Origin: Mycobacterium tuberculosis H37Rv | GTDB taxonomy: Bacteria; Actinomycetota; Actinomycetes; Mycobacteriales; Mycobacteriaceae | Reading direction: 5' to 3' | Assembly (NCBI RefSeq): GCF_000195955.2 | Contig: NC_000962.3 | Location: 900,001-932,000, forward strand | Length of the DNA stretch: 32,000 bases | Shown: positions 9,492 to 20,740 of the stretch, in pieces | Position numbering within the stretch: the stretch's first letter is position 1 | Layout of the letters: each line of letters starts with the position of its first letter | Program-made: the position numbers and the translations under genes | Notes under the pieces: generated by a model | What the model was told of the DNA's origin: nothing | Seen by the model: only the letters and a program-made list of their open reading frames with translations | Database searches by the model: none

Positions 9492-9581
9492 TCAGCAGCT
9501 ACAGCAACAGCAACAACCCGCTAGGCGGCACAGATCAACTGCGCGACGCTTGGTGAGCATGGGCTCGATGCGGGCTGACAC
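9492..9581 (-). CDS. Polycysteine leader peptide upstream of cysA2-sseC2 (putative cysteine-responsive attenuator ORF)
   Basis: Reverse-strand GTG at 9581: (M)SARIEPMLTKRRAVDLCRLAGCCCCCSC-stop (29 codons). TAAGCT (complement of 9589-9594) is 7 nt upstream of the GTG. An internal in-frame ATG is at 9560. Confidence 0.82.
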   Translation of the reverse strand: MSARIEPMLTKRRAVDLCRLAGCCCCCSC

Positions 9582-9610
9582 GTCGGACAGCTTACCCAAT
9601 CGCATAGTGC

Positions 9611-10033
9611 TCAAGCCAACAGTGGTTTCAGGGCAGAGCGCAGGTCGGCGGCCTTGGGGACCCCGGAGGTCCGGTAGCGCTGTCGCCCGTCGACATCGAA
9701 GATCAACGTGGTGGGCAGCGAAAGCACCGAAAATCGCCGCGCTGCCTGCGGGTTGGAGTCCAGGTCGACCTCGATGTGAGCAACATCTCCCAGATCGGCG
9801 CAGACGTCGCCGACCCCTCGGCGTACCCGGTCGCAGGGCGCACACCCTGGGGCCCTGAAATGCACGACGGTCGGCCCGGCCCCGGACAGGCCCAGTTCCG
9901 CGGTGCGCGCCGGAGCCGCCGGTGTCGTTTCCGGACCAACCTCCCGCAGGATCACTGACCGCCGGGTCAGCAACCACCGGGCAATGGTCGCCAGCGCACC
10001 TGTAGCAACGGAAGCGACGATCATGGTCGTCAT
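9611..10033 (-). CDS. thiX: Thioredoxin-like protein ThiX
   Basis: 140-aa ORF with thioredoxin-fold active site VVHFRAPGCAPCDRVRRGVGDV and VLSLPTTLIFDVDGRQ. Confidence 0.92.
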   Translation of the reverse strand: MTTMIVASVATGALATIARWLLTRRSVILREVGPETTPAAPARTAELGLSGAGPTVVHFRAPGCAPCDRVRRGVGDVCADLGDVAHIEVDLDSNPQAARRFSVLSLPTTLIFDVDGRQRYRTSGVPKAADLRSALKPLLA

Positions 10034-10842
10034 GACTGTTTGAACTCGTCGAGCGAGATCGTTACTCCCCGGGTAATGCCTTCGATGATGACGTCCGATC
10101 CGCGCGCCCCCACGGTGTTTGGCACCACCCCGAACGGCAGCTTCTGGTTGGGCAGCTTGCTGGCGAAGGCGTGCAGCACCGCATCCCGCTTGTCATCCGG
10201 AACCGGTTGGTCCGCGGTGTCGGGTCCGGTCACGACGGCGGTGGGGGTGATAACCAAGGTCGCGCGGTCGTCCGAGGCAACGGACAGGTCCACCAAGACG
10301 CTGACCCGGTGAGCGAAGTTGGCCGATATGGGCGTGCCGCTGAACACCAGCCCGCGGCTGCCAGATATCCCGGACTCGGTAGTGCCGCCGGTGGCGTCGT
10401 TGCTCTCCTGACGGGGCGCGGCGACCATAAGGTCGCTAATGCCCAGGTAGCGGCCCAGGTGCATGGAGTCGATGATGATGCGACTCTCCAGCTCGCCGAC
10501 CGGGAGCTTGGCATCGGGCCTGATCAGCCAGGACGCGTAGGACAAGTCGATCGAATGCATAGTGGCCTCCAGAGTGGCCGTGCCACTTCCGGCGTGCTCC
10601 ACGGCAAATGCCTTGATTTCTAGCTCCGCGTAGTGTTCCCGCATCGCCTGCGGGATGAATGGGAACCGCAGGATGGCGACGAACGGGTCTGACCTCAGGT
10701 TTGCCGCTTTGCGCACAGTGGTCGACAGCCGGTACTCGGCATAGATGCTGGCCCCGAAATCGGCGCCGACGGCGCCCACGATGAGAACGGCCACGACGAT
10801 CGCCGCCCCGGTCACCCCGACCAGCACCTTGCGCATCGGCAT
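10030..10842 (-). CDS. LmeA/DUF2993-family envelope protein with N-terminal membrane/signal segment
   Basis: [78 protein letters not shown]; DUF2993-like pattern; overlaps thiX start by 4 nt. Confidence 0.8.
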   Translation of the reverse strand: MPMRKVLVGVTGAAIVVAVLIVGAVGADFGASIYAEYRLSTTVRKAANLRSDPFVAILRFPFIPQAMREHYAELEIKAFAVEHAGSGTATLEATMHSIDLSYASWLIRPDAKLPVGELESRIIIDSMHLGRYLGISDLMVAAPRQESNDATGGTTESGISGSRGLVFSGTPISANFAHRVSVLVDLSVASDDRATLVITPTAVVTGPDTADQPVPDDKRDAVLHAFASKLPNQKLPFGVVPNTVGARGSDVIIEGITRGVTISLDEFKQS

Positions 10843-10932
10843 ATTGTCGCCCAGCGCTCGAGCCCGTCCCGGAGCGCCTCGTCAGGCGGCACGTTATCGT
10901 TAGATGAGCTGCCGCTACCGTCACATGGCGCG

Positions 10933-12683
<1,751 letters not shown>

Positions 12684-12725
12684 CCGAAGATGTTCCCCCC
12701 CAAGAAGTCGTAAGCAGGAGCTTAA

Positions 12726-13502
12726 GTGGCCAAGCGGTTGGACCTCACGGACGTCAACATCTACTACGGGTCATTTCATGCGGTCGCTGATGTGTCGCTG
12801 GCGATTCTGCCCCGCAGCGTCACGGCGTTCATCGGTCCCTCGGGCTGCGGCAAGACGACGGTGCTGCGCACCTTGAACCGGATGCATGAGGTCATCCCCG
12901 GAGCTCGAGTCGAGGGTGCCGTACTGCTCGATGATCAAGATATCTACGCCCCCGGTATCGACCCGGTCGGTGTCCGCCGGGCAATCGGGATGGTGTTTCA
13001 GCGGCCGAATCCATTCCCCGCCATGTCGATTCGCAACAATGTGGTTGCCGGCCTGAAGCTGCAGGGTGTGCGCAATCGCAAGGTGCTCGACGATACGGCC
13101 GAATCCTCGCTGCGCGGCGCAAACCTGTGGGACGAGGTCAAGGATCGACTGGATAAACCCGGCGGCGGATTGTCTGGGGGGCAGCAGCAGCGGTTGTGCA
13201 TCGCACGGGCAATCGCCGTGCAACCCGACGTGTTGCTGATGGACGAGCCCTGCTCCTCGCTGGACCCAATCTCCACCATGGCCATCGAAGACCTGATCAG
13301 CGAGCTCAAGCAGCAGTACACCATCGTCATCGTCACCCATAACATGCAGCAGGCTGCCCGGGTGAGTGATCAGACGGCATTCTTCAACCTGGAAGCGGTG
13401 GGAAAGCCGGGGCGGCTGGTAGAGATCGCCAGCACCGAGAAAATCTTCTCCAACCCGAACCAGAAGGCCACCGAGGACTACATCTCCGGGCGCTTCGGCT
13501 AG
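12726..13502 (+). CDS. phoT: Phosphate ABC transporter ATP-binding protein PhoT/PstB
   Basis: 258-aa GTG-start ORF; Walker [22 protein letters not shown], signature [16 protein letters not shown], Walker [16 protein letters not shown]. Confidence 0.97.
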   Translation: MAKRLDLTDVNIYYGSFHAVADVSLAILPRSVTAFIGPSGCGKTTVLRTLNRMHEVIPGARVEGAVLLDDQDIYAPGIDPVGVRRAIGMVFQRPNPFPAMSIRNNVVAGLKLQGVRNRKVLDDTAESSLRGANLWDEVKDRLDKPGGGLSGGQQQRLCIARAIAVQPDVLLMDEPCSSLDPISTMAIEDLISELKQQYTIVIVTHNMQQAARVSDQTAFFNLEAVGKPGRLVEIASTEKIFSNPNQKATEDYISGRFG

Positions 13503-13557
13503 GCCCGATGCCCTCGATGGCCAGGCTGGCGTCACCGCGGGTGGATGTTTGCTCGGC

Positions 13558-14199
13558 CTAGGGAAAGGCGCCGGTCGCCTGGAAGATCACGCGTCGTGCC
13601 ACTTCCACGGCGTGGTCGGCAAAGCGCTCGTAGAATCGGCTCAGCAACGTCACGTCGACGGCGGCCGCCACTCCGTGCTTCCATTCGCGGTCCATCAGCA
13701 CGGTGAACAAATGCCGGTGCAGGTCGTCCATCGCGTCGTCTTCTTCGCGGATCTGGGCGGCCTTTTCCGGGTCGTGCGACAACACGACCTCTTGGGCACT
13801 GTTGCCCAATTCGACTGCAACTCTTCCCATTTCGGCAAAATAACCGTTGACCTCTTCGGGCAGCGCGTGCTGTGGATGCCGACGGCGGGCGATCTTGGCG
13901 ACATGCAGCGCCAACGCCCCCATCCGGTCGATGTCAGCCACCATCTGGATGGCGCTCACAATGGCTCTGAGGTCACCGGCGACCGGTGCCTGCAACGCCA
14001 GAAGAACGAATGCACTCTCCTCGGCCCGGGCGCTTAGCGTCGCGATCTTTTCGTGGTCGGAGATCACTTGCTCGGCCAGCACGAGATCGGCCTGCAGCAA
14101 GGCTTGGGTGGCCCGCTCCATGGCGATGCCTGCTAGCCCGCACATTTCCCCGAGACGCTCGGATAATTCCGAGAGTTGCTCATGGTAGGCGGTCCGCAT
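13558..14199 (-). CDS. phoY2: PhoU-like phosphate regulatory protein PhoY2
   Basis: 213-aa [64 protein letters not shown]...; two PhoU repeats. Confidence 0.96.
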
Positions 14200-14256
14200 G
14201 TGCTAAAGCCTACGTTCCCGACCTTGGAAAATGCCGTAAGCGTCGTGTCAATGCGG

Positions 14257-16311
14257 CTACTCGCAGGTGGTGTCGGCGGCGTTGGTGACCGTCAGGTCCT
14301 CGGGCAGCTTGGTCGGTGGGCTGGAGGAGTTGCGGCTTATCTGCACGCTGACGGTGGAGCCACTCGGCAGGGGAGCGCGCACCGCGCTGAAGTCTTGGCC
14401 CAGCACCACCTGGACCAGTTGGCCGATCCCGGTCACCCGCTCGATCTTTGACTGGCCGAACACGGCGGCCACGGTGGCGGCAGCCTGTTCGTTGCCGGGC
14501 GAAAAAAACACTGTGGTGGCCAGCAGCGAACTCGGGTAGTCGTCCGGAGCCATCACGTTGAAGCCGTTCCGCTTGAGCTGATCGGTGGCGGTGGTGGCCA
14601 AACCGGCCTGGCCGGTCGAGTTAGAGACCTGCACTGTGACCTCTTTTGGCGAGGTCGTCGTAACCTGCTGGTGCTGAATCTCGTTGGTCAGACCCGCCTG
14701 CGGCGCCTTCTTGGTGGTGGTCGGCGGGGTCGACGGCGTGTTGCCCAGACGCTGGGCGTTGTGATCGTTTTCCAGGGGCAGCGGATCGTCGTCGATGATG
14801 GCGGTGAAAAGCGCCTTCATGTCGGAGGTACGCGGGGGCTCGTCGCCGTTCTGGTCGGTTATACCGGTCGGAACGGTCACGAACGTGACGTGCCCGGCCG
14901 CCATATGCTGCAACGATCGACCGAGTTCGACCAGGTCTTTGGTCTTGACGTTGTCCACGTAGCTGTTACCGATGAACATGTTGACGACGTTGTTGAGCCT
15001 GCTGAGGTTGAACAAGGTGTCCGTCGAGATCATCGAACGCAGCAGCGACGACAAAAACAACTGCTGGCGTTTGATGCGCCCGTAGTCGCCATTGCTCTCG
15101 GTGGTGACCTGGCGAGCGCGCACATAGTTCAGCGCGGTCGGCCCGTCAATGACCTGGCGTCCGGCGTGCTCCAGCACCGTGCCCAGTTCGTAGTCCCGCA
15201 ACGGGGTGGTGCTGCATACCTCGACGCCGCCGAGGGCCTCGACCATCCGCGCGAAACCGACGAAGTCAATCGCGATGAACCGGTTGATGCTCAAGCCCGA
15301 CAGTTTCTGAATGACCTTCACTAGACACTTAGGCCCGCCGAAGGAGAATGCCGAGTTCAGCTTGGTCTCCGTGTACACCAGTCTGGGACCCATCGTTCCC
15401 GTCTTCTCGTCGTAGATGGGTCCGTACTTACCGGTCTCGGGGTTCCACGCCTCGCATTGGATTGGAGTGATCGCCAGGTCGCGGGGGAACGACACCGCGA
15501 CGACCCGCTCGCGGCTGGCCGGAATGTTGACCAGCATGACGGTGTCCGAACGTGCGCCGCCGGCGTCCTCGGCGTCGCCGGCGCCGATATTGGCGTTCGC
15601 CCCGGCACGAGAGTCCATACCGACGAGCAAGAAGTTCTCGTCGCCATGCTGCCCGCTGGGGTTGACGATGTCGCCCGAATGCGGGTCGAGCGCGCTTACC
15701 ATGTTCAGCCGGCTGTTCTTCGACGCGCTCCACTGCCATGCCCCGCCGGTCAGCGCCAACGCCAGAGCGGCAAACAGAGCCGCCAGCGAGCGCGCGGCCA
15801 GCACCATCGGGCGCCGGCCGGAGTTCGGCGCTGGCTTGGCGGGCGCGGGCGACGTTCGGCGGATCCGCAATGGCCGCACTCGAGCCGATCCGGTTAGCTG
15901 CTTGCCGGGTAGCTCGGGTTCACGGCGGGCGTGGTCGGCGCGCGGATAGTTGGCTGCCCGGAGGTCGGGAAGCTCCGAGAGGAACTCGAGCGAGTGGGCC
16001 GGGATGGCGATAGCCTCGGTGTCCTGCTGGTCGTCGGCGTCGTCGTGGACCTTCGGGCCGCGGCCGGATGGCTCGGGTTCGGGGGCGACATGGCGGTGCG
16101 TGGGGAGGTCAGGAAAAGCGGGGCCGAGCCTGGCGATCAGATCGGCCACACTAACGGCGCCGGTGGCATGACAGCCGACATTCTGGGTGTCCCGCGGACC
16201 CTGGGCTGCCACCCATGTGGCGGGCGGTACCGTGATCCATCGGTCAACACCATCGGGGAATGCTGACTCGGAGAGCCGTGCCCACGGCGCGGCGCTCTCG
16301 CCGTCACTCAT
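14257..16311 (-). CDS. LytR-CpsA-Psr (LCP) family membrane protein with C-terminal LytR_C domain (684 aa)
   Basis: VNPSGQHGDENFLLVGMDSRAGANANIG... DTVMLVNIPASRERVVAVSFPRDLAI...INRFIAIDFVGFARMVEALGGVEVC; C-terminal VTVQVSNSTGQAGLATTATDQLKRNGFNV. Confidence 0.93.
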   Translation of the reverse strand: MSDGESAAPWARLSESAFPDGVDRWITVPPATWVAAQGPRDTQNVGCHATGAVSVADLIARLGPAFPDLPTHRHVAPEPEPSGRGPKVHDDADDQQDTEAIAIPAHSLEFLSELPDLRAANYPRADHARREPELPGKQLTGSARVRPLRIRRTSPAPAKPAPNSGRRPMVLAARSLAALFAALALALTGGAWQWSASKNSRLNMVSALDPHSGDIVNPSGQHGDENFLLVGMDSRAGANANIGAGDAEDAGGARSDTVMLVNIPASRERVVAVSFPRDLAITPIQCEAWNPETGKYGPIYDEKTGTMGPRLVYTETKLNSAFSFGGPKCLVKVIQKLSGLSINRFIAIDFVGFARMVEALGGVEVCSTTPLRDYELGTVLEHAGRQVIDGPTALNYVRARQVTTESNGDYGRIKRQQLFLSSLLRSMISTDTLFNLSRLNNVVNMFIGNSYVDNVKTKDLVELGRSLQHMAAGHVTFVTVPTGITDQNGDEPPRTSDMKALFTAIIDDDPLPLENDHNAQRLGNTPSTPPTTTKKAPQAGLTNEIQHQQVTTTSPKEVTVQVSNSTGQAGLATTATDQLKRNGFNVMAPDDYPSSLLATTVFFSPGNEQAAATVAAVFGQSKIERVTGIGQLVQVVLGQDFSAVRAPLPSGSTVSVQISRNSSSPPTKLPEDLTVTNAADTTCE

Positions 16312-16476
16312 GTCCTACCGGCCTCCGAGAGTCTAGGTGGCGGACGCCCGCGGTGTTGGCTGCGTGTCCTACGCGCACCTTCGCGCAGCACCGCCACGAG
16401 TCGGCGCCGCACAATGCAGCAAGGCCCACATCGTACTGATTTATCGGTCCAGACGCGATTTCGACAGGGTCTCGAT

Positions 16477-17646
16477 TCAGCCACCCGACCCCATGGCGTC
16501 CGCCCCTTCCGGCACTCGGCAGTCGTCGGGGTCGGTTAGCCAGCCGTCGGGAAGGGCCACCCGGGCGGGGGAACCCTGCCGGCCCCGGGCGCCAGTCGCG
16601 GAGTCCGGGAACGGTACCGTGCCGTCCAACCGGTCCAGCAGGCAGTCGAGCTCGTCGAACGTCTTGACCATTGCTAACGCCCGCCGGAGCGCGGAGCCCG
16701 CCGGGAAGCCATGGAGATACCAGGCGATGTGCTTGCGGATATCGCGCATGCCCTTGTCCTCGCCGAAGTGTGCGGCCAGCAAGGTGCCGTGACGGCGGAT
16801 GATGTCGGCGACTTCGCCGAGCGTGGGTGGGGTGGGGGCCGGGCTGCCGGTGAAAGCCGCGGACAACTCGGCAAATAGCCAGGGACGGCCCAGGCAGCCA
16901 CGGCCGATGACCACGCCGTCACAGCCGGTGGTGGACATCATGGCCAGTGCGTCGCCGGCATCGTAGATGTCGCCGTTGCCGAGCACCGGAATCGTCCGGA
17001 CATGCTGCTTGAGCCGGGCGATCTGTTCCCAGTCGGCGGTGCCGGAATAGCGTTGTGCCGCGGTACGGGCGTGCAGCGCGACCGCAGCGGCTCCTTCGGC
17101 CTCAGCGATGCGGCCGGCATCCAGATGTGTGTGGTGGGCGTCATCGATGCCAATGCGAAACTTGACCGTCACCGGTATATCGGTGCCTTCGGTGGCGCGC
17201 ACAGCCGCGGCCACGATCTGACCGAATAGCCGCCGTTTGAACGGTAGCGCCGCCCCGCCGCCGCGCTTGGTGACTTTGGGCACTGGGCAGCCGAAATTCA
17301 TGTCGATGTGATCGGCTAACCCTTCGCCAGCGATCATCCGAGCGGCCGCATACGTGGTGTCCGGATCGACGGTGTACAGCTGCAGCGAGCGTGGTGATTC
17401 GTCCGCGGAGAACGTTGTCATGTGCATGGTGACCGGGTGCCGCTCGATGAGCGCACGTGCGGTCACCATCTCGCAGACATACAGTCCGCTGACCGTGCCG
17501 ACCTTCGACTGTTCCAGCTGACGACACAGCGCCCGGAATGCGACGTTCGTCACACCGGCCATCGGAGCCAGCACAACCGGGCTGGCGAGCTCGATCGGGC
17601 CGATGCGCAACGCCGGGCTGGGTTGGATTGCCCGCCTCCTGCTCAT
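16477..17646 (-). CDS. dus: tRNA-dihydrouridine synthase (DusB-like)
   Basis: 389-aa ORF; VVLAPMAGVTNVAFRALCRQLE, HIDMNFGCPVPKVTKRGGGAALPF, TVKFRIGIDDAHHTHLDAG, GNGDIYDAGDALAMMSTTGCDGVVIGRGCLGRPWLF. Confidence 0.96.
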   Translation of the reverse strand: MSRRRAIQPSPALRIGPIELASPVVLAPMAGVTNVAFRALCRQLEQSKVGTVSGLYVCEMVTARALIERHPVTMHMTTFSADESPRSLQLYTVDPDTTYAAARMIAGEGLADHIDMNFGCPVPKVTKRGGGAALPFKRRLFGQIVAAAVRATEGTDIPVTVKFRIGIDDAHHTHLDAGRIAEAEGAAAVALHARTAAQRYSGTADWEQIARLKQHVRTIPVLGNGDIYDAGDALAMMSTTGCDGVVIGRGCLGRPWLFAELSAAFTGSPAPTPPTLGEVADIIRRHGTLLAAHFGEDKGMRDIRKHIAWYLHGFPAGSALRRALAMVKTFDELDCLLDRLDGTVPFPDSATGARGRQGSPARVALPDGWLTDPDDCRVPEGADAMGSGG

Positions 17647-17735
17647 CGCGCTGCGCGCTCTGCATCGTCGCCGGGCTGGGTTGGATTGCCCGCCTCCTGC
17701 TCATCGCGCTGCGCGCTCTGCATCGTCGCCGGGCT
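17611..17735. repeat. 58-bp tandem repeat, 2 complete copies plus 9 bp of a third
   Basis: Unit cgccgggctgggttggattgcccgcctcctgctcatcgcgctgcgcgctctgcatcgt at 17611-17668 and exactly repeated at 17669-17726, then cgccgggct 17727-17735. Confidence 0.95.
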
Positions 17736-18750
17736 AACGACGGCTCATCGCCAGTTTGCCAGCGGTTTTATGCAGCTCGTGTGCGCTGACCTTCTTGCCC
17801 GTACGGGCTTCCCGGTCGAGTTGGCGTTGCTTGGACACCTCGAACTTGTCGCAGGCCAGCTCGAGGTCCTTGATCACCAGGGCCAGCTCGTCGCGCAGCT
17901 TAGCCCCCTCGCCGGTGAAGTCCTCGCGCTCGAAGATACGCCATTTCTTCAGTACCGGCATGACGACTTCGTCGAGGTGGATGCGCGGGTCGTAGACACC
18001 CCCGACGGCGATGACCACGGCTTTGCGCCGGAACTCGGGTACTTGGAAGCCGGGCATCTGGAAGTGGCTCAAAATCAGGTGCAGCGACTTCATGGCCTGG
18101 TTGGGCACGAGGTCGAACGCGGCCTCGCTGACGTCGCGGTAGAAGATCATGTGCAGATTCTCGTCTGCCGAGATCTTGGCCATGAGCTGGTCGGCGACGG
18201 GGTCGTTACATGCCTTGCCGGTATTGCGGTGCGAAATCCGGGTTGCCAGTTCCTGGAAACTGACATAGAGGACGGAGTCGGTGAGGCTCTCCGCGAAATA
18301 GTGGCCCTGGTGGTTTTGGCCTGGGCTGAAGCCCCGGTTGACTACCTCGAGGCGAAGTTTCTCCAACTCGACAGGGTCGACCGATCGGGTCACCACCAGG
18401 TAGTCGCGCAGCGCGATGCCGTGCCGATTCTCCTCGGCGGTCCAACGGTTGACCCACTGCCCCCACGCGCCGTCCATGCCCATGTTCATCGCGATCTCGC
18501 GGTGATACGACGGCAGGTTGTCCTCGGTGACCAGGTTCTGCACCATCGCCACCTGGGCGACATCAGAAAGCTTGCTCTGGTCGGGGTCCCAATCCTGCCC
18601 GCCGAGCGCGTAGTAGTTCTTCCCGTCCGACCACGGGATGTAGTCGTGCGGGTTCCAGGGCTTGTGCATGCTCAGGTGCCGGTTCAGGTACTTCTCGACG
18701 ACCGGTTCAAGTTCGTGCAGCAGCTGCAGGTCGGTCAGCTTGGCTGACAT
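17734..18750 (-). CDS. desA1: Acyl-[acyl-carrier-protein] desaturase DesA1
   Basis: 338-aa ORF with di-iron motifs RWTAEENRHGIALRDYL and ISADENLHMIFYRD; MSAKLTDLQLLHELEPVVEKYLNRHL. Confidence 0.96.
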   Translation of the reverse strand: MSAKLTDLQLLHELEPVVEKYLNRHLSMHKPWNPHDYIPWSDGKNYYALGGQDWDPDQSKLSDVAQVAMVQNLVTEDNLPSYHREIAMNMGMDGAWGQWVNRWTAEENRHGIALRDYLVVTRSVDPVELEKLRLEVVNRGFSPGQNHQGHYFAESLTDSVLYVSFQELATRISHRNTGKACNDPVADQLMAKISADENLHMIFYRDVSEAAFDLVPNQAMKSLHLILSHFQMPGFQVPEFRRKAVVIAVGGVYDPRIHLDEVVMPVLKKWRIFEREDFTGEGAKLRDELALVIKDLELACDKFEVSKQRQLDREARTGKKVSAHELHKTAGKLAMSRR

Positions 18751-18911
18751 GGCGCCTCCAGTTATCTGTGTCTAATGGTTGCAGTCAATATATCTGTGTC
18801 TCTCGGTAGCATCAAGTTTGGGCTTCGCGCGGCATGTTGAGCTGCCAGCAGCGGGCAGGATGCTGGCATCGGCGGGCCCCGGTGGCCGCGTGGGGTGAAC
18901 CCCAGTCGTCC

Positions 18912-19571
18912 TCAGTTGTGCGGCCCGGCTGGGATGGAGTGTTCGGATTCTCCCCGCTCGCGGTGCGGTGCGTAGGTGGCGGCGGTGCTGAGCAACATGT
19001 TGACGCAGTAGTCGATGAATTGCTTGCGGGTGGCTCCCAGCCGTCCGTTCAGATATGCGGTGAACAGACCGGTAAGAGCGCCGATCAAGCTGGTGGCGAC
19101 CAGTTTCTGCAGAACTGGATCAACGATGCGGGACAACTTGCGTTGCAGCAACTCGATGAAGTTGGGCATCCACTCCGCGCCCGACCGGGTCAGGGCCGGT
19201 TCTACCGCCGGCGCCAGCAACAGCACGCGCCCGCGCACCGGATCGTCGACCATCAGCTCGACGAATTGCTCTACGGCCTCGCGCGGGGTTTGCGCGGACG
19301 TGAGGGTTGCCATCGCTCGTGTGCAGACGTCGTCGTAGACCGCGCGAACGAAATGTTCACGGTCGGCGAAGCTTTCGTAAAAGTAGCGTTCTGTCAGGCC
19401 GGCGTGGCGGCACACTGCGCGGACGGTGAGTGCGGGTCCGCCTGCGCCGCCGAGCAACTGCACGCCGGCGGCGACGAGGTTGTCTCGACGTAGGGCGTGC
19501 CGACTTTCCAAGGGGACACCGGACCAGCGGCCCCGGTTTTGACCGGTCTGCACAGCTCTCCTAAACTCCAT
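18912..19571 (-). CDS. TetR-family transcriptional regulator
   Basis: N-terminal HTH LTVRAVCRHAGLTERYFYESFADREHFVRAVY; start chosen at ATG complement of 19569-19571 (upstream extension possible to 19631). Confidence 0.9.
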   Translation of the reverse strand: MEFRRAVQTGQNRGRWSGVPLESRHALRRDNLVAAGVQLLGGAGGPALTVRAVCRHAGLTERYFYESFADREHFVRAVYDDVCTRAMATLTSAQTPREAVEQFVELMVDDPVRGRVLLLAPAVEPALTRSGAEWMPNFIELLQRKLSRIVDPVLQKLVATSLIGALTGLFTAYLNGRLGATRKQFIDYCVNMLLSTAATYAPHRERGESEHSIPAGPHN

Positions 19572-19597
19572 AGTGACAACGTGCGTAGTCAGAATTC

Positions 19598-20689
19598 GTG
19601 TGGCCAATGAAGATTCAGCAGGCAAAACCACCAGTGACCCAAGATACGTCTGCTACCTGTCCGCTGACCAGCACCGTGCAGGATTCCTCGCCGGTTGCGG
19701 GCCAGCTTGGCAGGCCTATAGGGTTCCGCGGACTGGCCGGCGGTTGCCCCGTGTCACCGCTGGGTTACGAATCGCCGCCGCTGCCGCTGGGGCCGGATTC
19801 GCTGACGTGGCGATACTTCGGTGACTGGCGCGGGATGCTGCAGGGACCGTGGGCGGGATCCATGCAGAATATGCATCCGCAGCTGGGCGCGGCGGTCGAA
19901 GATCATTCGACGTTCTTCCGGGAACGCTGGCCACGGCTGCTGCGGTCGTTGTACCCGATCGGCGGAGTTGTCTTCGACGGCGATCGAGCCCCAGTCACCG
20001 GTGTGCAGGTGCGTGACTACCACATCACCATCAAGGGTGTCGACGGTGCGGGCCGTCGCTACCACGCGTTGAATCCCGACGTCTTCTACTGGGCGCACGC
20101 CACCTTCTTTGTCGGCACGTTGCATGTGGCCGAGCGGTTCTGCGGTGGCCTGACCGAGGCGCAGCGGCGCCAGCTATTTGACGAGCACGTCCAGTGGTAC
20201 CGCATGTACGGCATGAGCATGCGGCCGGTGCCGGCGACCTGGGAGGAGTTTCAGGACTACTGGGACCACATGTGCCGCAACGTGCTGGAGAACAACTTCG
20301 CGGCGCGTGCCGTGCTCGACCTGACCGAACTACCCAAACCGCCATTCGCCCAACGAGTTCCGGATTGGCTGTGGGCCGCGCCGCGCAAGTTGCTGGCCCG
20401 GTTCTTCGTCTGGCTGACCGTCGGACTCTACGATCCGCCCGTGCGCGAGCTGATGGGCTACCGGTGGTTGCGCCGCGACGAATGGTTGCACCGCCGCTTT
20501 GGCGACATCGTCCGGCTCGTCTTTGCCTTGGTGCCATTCCGGTTTCGCAAGCACCCGCGGGCTCGCGCCGGCTGGGACCGTGCCACCGGCCGCATCCCCG
20601 CCGATGCGCCGCTAGTACAGACGCCCGCGCGCAACCTGCCGCCGCCCGACGAGCGTGACAACCCGACGCACTACTGCCCTAAGGTCTGA
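19598..20689 (+). CDS. DUF2236/MpaB-like oxygenase-family protein
   Basis: GGVVFDGDRAPVTGVQVRDYHITIKGVDGAGRRYHALNPDVFYWAHATFFVG...; conserved HxxxxxxGxDxxGxRYHAL(N)PxVFxWxHxT pattern. Start codon uncertain (a downstream start near 19634 is also possible). Confidence 0.85.
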   Translation: MWPMKIQQAKPPVTQDTSATCPLTSTVQDSSPVAGQLGRPIGFRGLAGGCPVSPLGYESPPLPLGPDSLTWRYFGDWRGMLQGPWAGSMQNMHPQLGAAVEDHSTFFRERWPRLLRSLYPIGGVVFDGDRAPVTGVQVRDYHITIKGVDGAGRRYHALNPDVFYWAHATFFVGTLHVAERFCGGLTEAQRRQLFDEHVQWYRMYGMSMRPVPATWEEFQDYWDHMCRNVLENNFAARAVLDLTELPKPPFAQRVPDWLWAAPRKLLARFFVWLTVGLYDPPVRELMGYRWLRRDEWLHRRFGDIVRLVFALVPFRFRKHPRARAGWDRATGRIPADAPLVQTPARNLPPPDERDNPTHYCPKV

Positions 20690-20740
20690 CCCCGGACCTG
20701 CGGCGCAACCGGGGCGTGGTTGTGCTCACCGTTAATTGGC

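Noticed and set aside
9611-9977. Extension of the Cys-leader frame upstream into a 161-aa ORF (9492..9977)
   Set aside because: The upstream part overlaps thiX out of frame; the TAAGCT-7 nt-GTG geometry supports a short leader starting at 9581 instead.
14671-15324. 217-aa plus-strand ORF within the LCP gene region
   Set aside because: Antisense shadow of the LCP gene; high-GC artefact.
17422-18747. 441-aa plus-strand ORF opposite desA1
   Set aside because: Shadow ORF on the opposite strand of desA1 and the Dus 5' region; translation is typical of high-GC antisense and shows no family features.
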